Source: Auanema rhodensis (Eukaryota > Animalia > Nematoda). Taken from it: 64,000 bases of DNA. The notes under the pieces were generated by a model. That model ran no database searches. It saw nothing but the letters and a program-made list of their open reading frames with translations, and was not told the origin of the DNA. The stretch is taken from positions 13,082,001-13,146,000 of the forward strand of contig OZ059900.1 of assembly GCA_964057225.1 (NCBI GenBank), given 5' to 3'. Position numbers and translations under genes: made by a program. Positions 1 through 10,939 of the stretch are shown here, one piece after another. The first letter of the stretch is position 1, and the number at the start of each line of letters is the position of its first letter.

Positions 1-95
1 TTGCACACTCATGGTGTGCTTTCCAAAATGTATTTCCAACTCAGAAGTTCTCTGGTTAGATTGAGATACTACCTCTAACTTTGGGTAATTAAACC
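1..95 (-). ncRNA. SL1: SL RNA gene copy 1 with a 23-nt exon (extra A: GGTTTAATTACCCAAAGTTAGAG)
   Basis: The plus strand has AACTTTGGG instead of AACTTGGG. This is unique to this copy and could be a homopolymer sequencing error. Confidence 0.7.
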
Positions 96-292
96 AAATC
101 TATTCAGGAATCTTATGAACTGTTCTAGCCTATCGCCGTATAAGTGATCAGTGTACAAAGCTATACAAAGCTATACAAAGCTTTATCCGGTCAAACTATA
201 ATGTAAAAGACGCGTCATGTTCATATTCAAATTTGTTTTGCTTTGGCATCTATAGGGTCATATAATCATACTAAGGCAGACAGTTTTCAATA

Positions 293-386
293 TTGCACAC
301 TCATGGTGTGCTTTCCAAAATGTATTTCCAACTCAGAAGTTCTCTGGTTAGATTGAGATACTACCTCTAACTTGGGTAATTAAACC
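293..386 (-). ncRNA. SL1: Representative SL1-like SL RNA gene (monomer 2); exon 386-365, donor GT 364-363, Sm site 321-315, stem-loop III 311-295
   Basis: Stem I: AUUACC/GGUAGU spans the donor. Stem II: UCUAAC-CAGAG/UUCUG-A-GUUGGA. Sm site: AUUUUGG. Stem III: GCACAC-CAUGA-GUGUGC. The 3' end is approximate. Confidence 0.92.
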
Positions 387-420
387 AAATCTATTCAGGA
401 AACTTATGAACTGTTCTAGC

Positions 421-456
421 CTATCGCCGTATAAGTGATCAGTGTACAAAGCTATA
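421..456 (-). promoter_or_regulatory. Putative snRNA-type proximal sequence element region (about -35 to -70) upstream of the SL RNA start; repeated in every monomer
   Basis: Positional inference: SL RNA genes use snRNA-type (SNAPc/PSE) promoters at about this distance. The GC-rich TACGGCGATAG segment stands out in an AT-rich spacer. Exact element boundaries cannot be determined by eye. Confidence 0.35.
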
Positions 457-474
457 CAAAGCTATACAAAGCTT
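445..474. repeat. Internal 10-bp direct repeat (TACAAAGCTA)n, 3 copies here; 2, 3 or 4 copies per monomer
   Basis: TACAAAGCTA TACAAAGCTA TACAAAGCTT. Its copy number explains the 281/291/301-bp classes. Four-copy forms lie at 47866-47905, 50716-50755 and 57841-57880. Confidence 0.97.
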
Positions 475-3400
475 TATCCGGTCAAACTATAATGTAAAAG
501 ACGCGTCATGTTCATATTCAAATTTGTTTTGCTTTGGCATCTATAGGGTCATATAATCATACTAAGGCAGACAGTTTTCAATATTGCACACTCATGGTGT
601 GCTTTCCAAAATGTATTTCCAACTCAGAAGTTCTCTGGTTAGATTGAGATACTACCTCTAACTTGGGTAATTAAACCAAATCTATTCAGGAAACTTATGA
701 ACTGTTCTAGCCTATCGCCGTATAAGTGATCAGTGTACAAAGCTATACAAAGCTATACAAAGCTTTATCCGGTCAAACTATAATGTAAAAGACGCGTCAT
801 GTTCATATTCAAATTTGTTTTGCTTTGGCATCTATAGGGTCATATAATCATACTAAGGCAGACAGTTTTCAATATTGCACACTCATGGTGTGCTTTCCAA
901 AATGTATTTCCAACTCAGAAGTTCTCTGGTTAGATTGAGATACTACCTCTAACTTGGGTAATTAAACCAAATCTATTCAGGAAACTTATGAACTGTTCTA
1001 GCCTATCGCCGTATAAGTGATCAGTGTACAAAGCTATACAAAGCTATACAAAGCTTTATCCGGTCAAACTATAATGTAAAAGACGCGTCATGTTCATATT
1101 CAAATTTGTTTTGCTTTGGCATCTATAGGGTCATATAATCATACTAAGGCAGACAGTTTTCAATATTGCACACTCATGGTGTGCTTTCCAAAATGTATTT
1201 CCAACTCAGAAGTTCTCTGGTTAGATTGAGATACTACCTCTAACTTGGGTAATTAAACCAAATCTATTCAGGAAACTTATGAACTGTTCTAGCCTATCGC
1301 CGTATAAGTGATCAGTGTACAAAGCTATACAAAGCTATACAAAGCTTTATCCGGTCAAACTATAATGTAAAAGACGCGTCATGTTCATATTCAAATTTGT
1401 TTTGCTTTGGCATCTATAGGGTCATATAATCATACTAAGGCAGACAGTTTTCAATATTGCACACTCATGGTGTGCTTTCCAAAATGTATTTCCAACTCAG
1501 AAGTTCTCTGGTTAGATTGAGATACTACCTCTAACTTGGGTAATTAAACCAAATCTATTCAGGAAACTTATGAACTGTTCTAGCCTATCGCCGTATAAGT
1601 GATCAGTGTACAAAGCTATACAAAGCTATACAAAGCTTTATCCGGTCAAACTATAATGTAAAAGACGCGTCATGTTCATATTCAAATTTGTTTTGCTTTG
1701 GCATCTATAGGGTCATATAATCATACTAAGGCAGACAGTTTTCAATATTGCACACTCATGGTGTGCTTTCCAAAATGTATTTCCAACTCAGAAGTTCTCT
1801 GGTTAGATTGAGATACTACCTCTAACTTGGGTAATTAAACCAAATCTATTCAGGAAACTTATGAACTGTTCTAGCCTATCGCCGTATAAGTGATCAGTGT
1901 ACAAAGCTATACAAAGCTATACAAAGCTTTATCCGGTCAAACTATAATGTAAAAGACGCGTCATGTTCATATTCAAATTTGTTTTGCTTTGGCATCTATA
2001 GGGTCATATAATCATACTAAGGCAGACAGTTTTCAATATTGCACACTCATGGTGTGCTTTCCAAAATGTATTTCCAACTCAGAAGTTCTCTGGTTAGATT
2101 GAGATACTACCTCTAACTTGGGTAATTAAACCAAATCTATTCAGGAAACTTATGAACTGTTCTAGCCTATCGCCGTATAAGTGATCAGTGTACAAAGCTA
2201 TACAAAGCTATACAAAGCTTTATCCGGTCAAACTATAATGTAAAAGACGCGTCATGTTCATATTCAAATTTGTTTTGCTTTGGCATCTATAGGGTCATAT
2301 AATCATACTAAGGCAGACAGTTTTCAATATTGCACACTCATGGTGTGCTTTCCAAAATGTATTTCCAACTCAGAAGTTCTCTGGTTAGATTGAGATACTA
2401 CCTCTAACTTGGGTAATTAAACCAAATCTATTCAGGAAACTTATGAACTGTTCTAGCCTATCGCCGTATAAGTGATCAGTGTACAAAGCTATACAAAGCT
2501 ATACAAAGCTTTATCCGGTCAAACTATAATGTAAAAGACGCGTCATGTTCATATTCAAATTTGTTTTGCTTTGGCATCTATAGGGTCATATAATCATACT
2601 AAGGCAGACAGTTTTCAATATTGCACACTCATGGTGTGCTTTCCAAAATGTATTTCCAACTCAGAAGTTCTCTGGTTAGATTGAGATACTACCTCTAACT
2701 TGGGTAATTAAACCAAATCTATTCAGGAAACTTATGAACTGTTCTAGCCTATCGCCGTATAAGTGATCAGTGTACAAAGCTATACAAAGCTATACAAAGC
2801 TTTATCCGGTCAAACTATAATGTAAAAGACGCGTCATGTTCATGATCAAATTCATATTGCTTAATCATCTATAGTGTCATATAATCATACTAAGACAGAC
2901 AGTTTTCAATATTGCACACTCATGGTGTGCTTTCCAAAATGTATTTCCAACTCAGAAGTTCTCTGGTTAGATTGAGATACTACCTCTAACTTGGGTAATT
3001 AAACCAAATCTATTCAGGAAACTTATGAACTGTTCTAGCCTATCGCCGTATATGTGATCAGTGTACAAAGATATACAAAGCTTTATCAGGTCAAACTATA
3101 ATGTAAAAGACGTGTCATGTTCATATTCAAATTTGTTTTGCTTTGGCATCTATAGTGTCATATAATCATACTAAGACAGACAGTTTTCAATATTGCACAC
3201 TCATGGTGTGCTTTCCAAAATGTATTTCCAACTCAGAAGTTCTCTGGTTAGATTGAGATACTACCTCTAACTTGGGTAATTAAACCAAATCTATTCAGGA
3301 AACTTATGAACTGTTCTAGCCTATCGCCGTATATGTGATCAGTGTACAAAGATATACAAAGCTTTATCCGGTCAAACTATAATGTAAAAGACGCGTCATG

Positions 3401-6400
3401 TTCATATTCAAATTTGTTTTGCTTTGGCATCTATAGTGTCATATAATCATACTAAGACAGACAGTTTTCAATATTGCACACTCATGGTGTGCTTTCCAAA
3501 ATGTATTTCCAACTCAGAAGTTCTCTGGTTAGATTGAGATACTACCTCTAACTTGGGTAATTAAACCAAATCTATTCAGGAAACTTATAAACTGTTCTAG
3601 CCTATCGCCGTATATGTGATCAGTGTACAAAGATATACAAAGCTTTATCCGGTCAAACTATAATGTAAAAGACGCGTCATGTTCATATTCAAATTTGTTT
3701 TGCTTTGGCATCTATAGTGTCATATAATCATACTAAGACAGACAGTTTTCAATATTGCACACTCATGGTGTGCTTTCCAAAATGTATTTCCAACTCAGAA
3801 GTTCTCTGGTTAGATTGAGATACTACCTCTAACTTGGGTAATTAAACCAAATCTATTCAGGAAACTTATAAACTGTTCTAGCCTATCGCCGTATATGTGA
3901 TCAGTGTACAAAGCTATACAAAGCTATACAAAGCTTTATCCGGTCAAACTATAATGTAAAAGACGCGTCATGTTCATATTCAAATTCATTTTGCTTTAGC
4001 ATCTGTAGTGTTATATAATCATACTAAGACAGACAGTTTTCAATATTGCACACTCGTGGTGTGCTTTCCAAAATGTATTTCCAACTCAGAAGTTCTCTGG
4101 TTAGATTGAGATACTACCTCTAACTTGGGTAATTAAACCAAATCTATTCAGGAAACTTATGAACTGTTCTAGCCTATCGCCGTATATGTGATCAGTGTAC
4201 AAAGCTATACAAAGCTATACAAAGCTTTATCCGGTGAAACTATAATGTAAAAGACGCGTCATGTTCATATTCAAATTTGTTTTGCTTTGGCATCTATAGT
4301 GTCATATAATCATACTAAGACAGACAGTTTTCAATATTGCACACTCATGGTGTGCTTTCCAAAATGTATTTCCAACTCAGAAGTTCTCTGGTTAGATTGA
4401 GATACTACCTCTAACTTGGGTAATTAAACCAAATCTATTCAGGAAACTTATGAACTGTTCTAGCCTATCGCCGTATATGTGATCAGTGTACAAAGCTATA
4501 CAAAGCTATACAAAGTTTTATCCTGTCAAACTATAATGTAAAAGACGCGTAATGTTCATGATCAAATTCATATTGCTTAATCATCTATAGTGTCATATAA
4601 TCATACTAAGACAGACAGTTTTCAATATTGCACACTCATGGTGTGCTTTCCAAAATGTATTTCCAACTCAGAAGTTCTCTGGTTAGATTGAGATACTACC
4701 TCTAACTTGGGTAATTAAACCAAATCTATTCAGGAAACTTATAAACTGTTCTAGCCTATCGCCGTATATGTGATCAGTGTACAAAGCTATACAAAGCTAT
4801 ACAAAGCTTTATCCGGTGAAACTATAATGTAAAAGACGCGTCATGGTCATATTCAAATTTGTTTTGCTTTGGCATCTATAGTGTCATATAATCATACTAA
4901 GACAGACAGTTTTCAATATTGCACACTCATGGTGTGCTTTCCAAAATGTATTTCCAACTCAGAAGTTCTCTGGTTAGATTGAGATACTACCTCTAACTTG
5001 GGTAATTAAACCAAATCTATTCAGGAAACTTATGAACTGTTCTAGCCTATCGCCGTATATGTGATCAGTGTACAAAGATATACAAAGCTTTATCCGGTCA
5101 AACTATAATGTAAAAGACGCGTCATGTTCATATTCAAATTTGTTTTGCTTTGGCATCTATAGTGTCATATAATCATACTAAGACAGACAGTTTTCAATAT
5201 TGCACACTCGTGGTGTGCTTTCCAAAATGTATTTCCAACTCAGAAGTTCTCTGGTTAGATTGAGATACTACCTCTAACTTGGGTAATTAAACCAAATCTA
5301 TTCAGGAAACTTATAAACTGTTCTAGCCTATCGCCGTATATGTGATCAGTGTACAAAGCTATACAAAGCTATACAAAGCTTTATCCGGTCAAACTATAAT
5401 GTAAAAGACGCGTCATGTTCATATTCAAATTCATTTTGCTTTAGCATCTGTAGTGTTATATAATCATACTAAGACAGACAGTTTTCAATATTGCACACTC
5501 GTGGTGTGCTTTCCAAAATGTATTTCCAACTCAGAAGTTCTCTGGTTAGATTGAGATACTACCTCTAACTTGGGTAATTAAACCAAATCTATTCAGGAAA
5601 CTTATAAACTGTTCTAGCCTATCGCCGTATATGTGATCAGTGTACAAAGCTATACAAAGCTATACAAAGCTTTATCCGGTCAAACTATAATGTAAAAGAC
5701 GTGTCATGTTCATATTCAAATTTGTTTTGCTTTGGCATCTATAGTGTCAGATAATCATACTAAGACAGACAGTTTTCAATATTGCACACTCATGGTGTGC
5801 TTTCCAAAATGTATTTCCAACTCAGAAGTTCTCTGGTTAGATTGAGATACTACCTCTAACTTGGGTAATTAAACCAAATCTATTCAGGAAACTTATGAAC
5901 TGTTCTAGCCTATCGCCGTATATGTGATCAGTGTACAAAGATATACAAAGCTTTATCCGGTCAAACTATAATGTAAAAGACGCGTCATGTTCATATTCAA
6001 ATTTGTTTTGCTTTGGCATCTATAGTGTCATATAATCATACTAAGACAGACAGTTTTCAATATTGCACACTCATGGTGTGCTTTCCAAAATGTATTTCCA
6101 ACTCAGAAGTTCTCTGGTTAGATTGAGATACTACCTCTAACTTGGGTAATTAAACCAAATCTATTCAGGAAACTTATAAACTGTTCTAGCCTATCGCCGT
6201 ATATGTGATCAGTGTACAAAGCTATACAAAGCTATACAAAGCTTTATCCGGTCAAACTATAATGTAAAAGACGCGTCATGTTCATATTCAAATTCATTTT
6301 GCTTTAGCATCTGTAGTGTTATATAATCATACTAAGACAGACAGTTTTCAATATTGCACACTCGTGGTGTGCTTTCCAAAATGTATTTCCAACTCAGAAG

Positions 6401-9400
6401 TTCTCTGGTTAGATTGAGATACTACCTCTAACTTGGGTAATTAAACCAAATCTATTCAGGAAACTTATGAACTGTTCTAGCCTATCGCCGTATATGTGAT
6501 CAGTGTACAAAGCTATACAAAGCTATACAAAGCTTTATCCGGTGAAACTATAATGTAAAAGACGCGTCATGTTCATATTCAAATTTGTTTTGCTTTGGCA
6601 TCTATAGTGTCATATAATCATACTAAGACAGACAGTTTTCAATATTGCACACTCATGGTGTGCTTTCCAAAATGTATTTCCAACTCAGAAGTTCTCTGGT
6701 TAGATTGAGATACTACCTCTAACTTGGGTAATTAAACCAAATCTATTCAGGAAACTTATGAACTGTTCTAGCCTATCGCCGAATATGTGATCAGTGTACA
6801 AAGCTATACAAAGCTTTATCCGGTCAAACTATAATGTAAAAGACGCGTCATGTTCATATTCAAATTTGTTTTGCTTTGGCATCTATAGTGTCATATAATC
6901 ATACTAAGACAGACAGTTTTCAATATTGCACACTCATGGTGTGCTTTCCAAAATGTATTTCCAACTCAGAAGTTCTCTGGTTAGATTGAGATACTACCTC
7001 TAACTTGGGTAATTAAACCATATCTATTCAGGAAACTTATGAACTGTTCTAGCCTATCGCCGTATATATGATCAGTGTACAAAGCTATACAAAGCTATAC
7101 AAAGCTTTATCCGGTGAAACTATAATGTAAAAGACGCGTCATGGTCATATTCAAATTTGTTTTGCTTTGGCATCTATAGTGTCATATAATCATACTAAGA
7201 CAGACAGTTTTCAATATTGCACACTCGTGGTGTGCTTTCCAAAATGTATTTCCAACTCAGAAGTTCTCTGGTTAGATTGAGATACTACCTCTAACTTGGG
7301 TAATTAAACCATATCTATTCAGGAAACTTATGAACTGTTCTAGCCTATCGCCGTATATATGATCAGTGTACAAAGCTATACAAAGCTATACAAAGCTTTA
7401 TCCGGTGAAACTATAATGTAAAAGACGCGTCATGGTCATATTCAAATTTGTTTTGCTTTGGCATCTATAGTGTCATATAATCATACTAAGACAGACAGTT
7501 TTCAATATTGCACACTCATGGTGTGCTTTCCAAAATGTATTTCCAACTCAGAAGTTCTCTGGTTAGATTGAGATACTACCTCTAACTTGGGTAATTAAAC
7601 CAAATCTATTCAGGAAACTTATAAACTGTTCTAGCCTATCGCGGTATATGTGATCAGTGTACAAAGCTATACAAAGCTTTATCCGGTCAAACTATAATGT
7701 AAAAGACGCGTCATGTTCATATTCAAATTTGTTTTGCTTTGGCATCTATAGTGTCATATAATCATACTAAGACAGACAGTTTTCAATATTGCACACTCAT
7801 GGTGTGCTTTCCAAAATGTATTTCCAACTCAGAAGTTCTCTGGTTAGATTGAGATACTACCTCTAACTTGGGTAATTAAACCATATCTATTCAGGAAACT
7901 TATGAACTGTTCTAGCCTATCGCCGTATATATGATCAGTGTACAAAGCTATACAAAGCTATACAAAGCTTTATCCGGTGAAACTATAATGTAAAAGACGC
8001 GTCATGGTCATATTCAAATTTGTTTTGCTTTGGCATCTATAGTGTCATATAATCATACTAAGACAGACAGTTTTCAATATTGCACACTCATGGTGTGCTT
8101 TCCAAAATGTATTTCCAACTCAGAAGTTCTCTGGTTAGATTGAGATACTACCTCTAACTTGGGTAATTAAACCAAATCTATTCAGGAAACTTATGAACTG
8201 TTCTAGCCTATCGCCGTATATGTGATCAGTGTACAAAGATATACAAAGCTTTATCCGGTCAAACTATAATGTAAAAGACGCGTCATGTTCATATTCAAAT
8301 TTGTTTTGCTTTGGCATCTATAGTGTCATATAATCATACTAAGACAGACAGTTTTCAATATTGCACACTCATGGTGTGCTTTCCAAAATGTATTTCCAAC
8401 TCAGAAGTTCTCTGGTTAGATTGAGATACTACCTCTAACTTGGGTAATTAAACCAAATCTATTCAGGAAACTTATAAACTGTTCTAGCCTATCGCCGTAT
8501 ATGTGATCAGTGTACAAAGCTATACAAAGCTATACAAAGCTTTATCCGGTCAAACTATAATGTAAAAGACGCGTCATGTTCATATTCAAATTCATTTTGC
8601 TTTAGCATCTGTAGTGTTATATAATCATACTAAGACAGACAGTTTTCAATATTGCACACTCGTGGTGTGCTTTCCAAAATGTATTTCCAACTCAGAAGTT
8701 CTCTGGTTAGATTGAGATACTACCTCTAACTTGGGTAATTAAACCAAATCTATTCAGGAAACTTATAAACTGTTCTAGCCTATCGCCGTATATGTGATCA
8801 GTGTACAAAGCTATACAAAGCTATACAAAGCTTTATCCGGTCAAACTATAATGTAAAAGACGCGTCATGTTCATATTCAAATTCATTTTGCTTTAGCATC
8901 TGTAGTGTTATATAATCATACTAAGACAGACAGTTTTCAATATTGCACACTCGTGGTGTGCTTTCCAAAATGTATTTCCAACTCAGAAGTTCTCTGGTTA
9001 GATTGAGATACTACCTCTAACTTGGGTAATTAAACCAAATCTATTCAGGAAACTTATGAACTGTTCTAGCCTATCGCCGTATATGTGATCAGTGTACAAA
9101 GATATACAAAGCTTTATCAGGTCAAACTATAATGTAAAAGACGTGTCATGTTCATATTCAAATTTGTTTTGCTTTGGCATCTATAGTGTCATATAATCAT
9201 ACTAAGACAGACAGTTTTCAATATTGCACACTCATGGTGTGCTTTCCAAAATGTATTTCCAACTCAGAAGTTCTCTGGTTAGATTGAGATACTACCTCTA
9301 ACTTGGGTAATTAAACCAAATCTATTCAGGAAACTTATAAACTGTTCTAGCCTATCGCCGTATATGTGATCAGTGTACAAAGCTATACAAAGCTATACAA

Positions 9401-10939
9401 AGCTTTATCCGGTCAAACTATAATGTAAAAGACGCGTCATGTTCATATTCAAATTCATTTTGCTTTAGCATCTGTAGTGTTATATAATCATACTAAGACA
9501 GACAGTTTTCAATATTGCACACTCGTGGTGTGCTTTCCAAAATGTATTTCCAACTCAGAAGTTCTCTGGTTAGATTGAGATACTACCTCTAACTTGGGTA
9601 ATTAAACCAAATCTATTCAGGAAACTTATGAACTGTTCTAGCCTATCGCCGTATATGTGATCAGTGTACAAAGATATACAAAGCTTTATCAGGTCAAACT
9701 ATAATGTAAAAGACGTGTCATGTTCATATTCAAATTTGTTTTGCTTTGGCATCTATAGTGTCATATAATCATACTAAGACAGACAGTTTTCAATATTGCA
9801 CACTCATGGTGTGCTTTCCAAAATGTATTTCCAACTCAGAAGTTCTCTGGTTAGATTGAGATACTACCTCTAACTTGGGTAATTAAACCAAATCTATTCA
9901 GGAAACTTATGAACTGTTCTAGCCTATCGCCGAATATGTGATCAGTGTACAAAGCTATACAAAGCTTTATCCGGTCAAACTATAATGTAAAAGACGCGTC
10001 ATGTTCATATTCAAATTTGTTTTGCTTTGGCATCTATAGTGTCATATAATCATACTAAGACAGACAGTTTTCAATATTGCACACTCATGGTGTGCTTTCC
10101 AAAATGTATTTCCAACTCAGAAGTTCTCTGGTTAGATTGAGATACTACCTCTAACTTGGGTAATTAAACCAAATCTATTCAGGAAACTTATAAACTGTTC
10201 TAGCCTATCGCCGTATATGTGATCAGTGTACAAAGCTATACAAAGCTATACAAAGCTTTATCCGGTCAAACTATAATGTAAAAGACGCGTCATGTTCATA
10301 TTCAAATTCATTTTGCTTTAGCATCTGTAGTGTCATATAATCATACTAAGACAGACAGTTTTCAATATTGCACACTCATGGTGTGCTTTCCAAAATGTAT
10401 TTCCAACTCAGAAGTTCTCTGGTTAGATTGAGATACTACCTCTAACTTGGGTAATTAAACCAAATCTATTCAGGAAACTTATGAACTGTTCTAGCCTATC
10501 GCCGTATATGTGATCAGTGTACAAAGCTATACAAAGCTATACAAAGCTTTATCCGGTGAAACTATAATGTAAAAGACGCGTCATGTTCATATTCAAATTT
10601 GTTTTGCTTTGGCATCTGTAGTGTCATATAATCATACTAAGACAGACAGTTTTCAATATTGCACACTCATGGTGTGCTTTCCAAAATGTATTTCCAACTC
10701 AGAAGTTCTCTGGTTAGATTGAGATACTACCTCTAACTTGGGTAATTAAACCAAATCTATTCAGGAAACTTATGAACTGTTCTAGCCTATCGCCGAATAT
10801 GTGATCAGTGTACAAAGCTATACAAAGCTTTATCCGGTCAAACTATAATGTAAAAGACGCGTCATGTTCATATTCAAATTTGTTTTGCTTTGGCATCTAT
10901 AGTGTTATATAATCATACTAAGACAGACAGTTTTCAATA

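Larger units (their letters stand above)
293..2620. repeat. Homogeneous block of 8 identical 291-bp monomers (distinct subfamily)
   Basis: Diagnostic variants are GTATAAGTG, TAGGGTC and AAGGCAG. I saw no differences among monomers 2-9. Confidence 0.9.

Noticed and set aside
365-386. SL2-type leader assignment
   Set aside because: The exon is one substitution from SL1 and lacks the GGTTTTAACCCAG start typical of C. elegans SL2. A functional SL2-like role cannot be judged from sequence.
529-557. Bacterial sigma70-like promoter TTGCTT-17 bp-TATAAT on the plus strand of each monomer
   Set aside because: The context is a eukaryotic SL RNA array, nothing coding lies downstream, and such matches are common in AT-rich DNA.
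293-583. Hammerhead ribozyme or retrozyme-type satellite
   Set aside because: There is no CTGANGA catalytic core on either strand of the monomer.
387-583. 5S rRNA or tRNA gene in the spacer
   Set aside because: I found no recognisable 5S sequence, A/B boxes or cloverleaf by eye. A cmsearch or tRNAscan run would confirm this.
2912-3192. Ancient ~70-bp sub-repeat within the monomer (TAT...AACT/TATAAT motifs near unit positions 31, 100, 173, 240)
   Set aside because: The similarity is weak and AT-rich, and one quarter falls inside the SL RNA gene, so chance is the more likely explanation.
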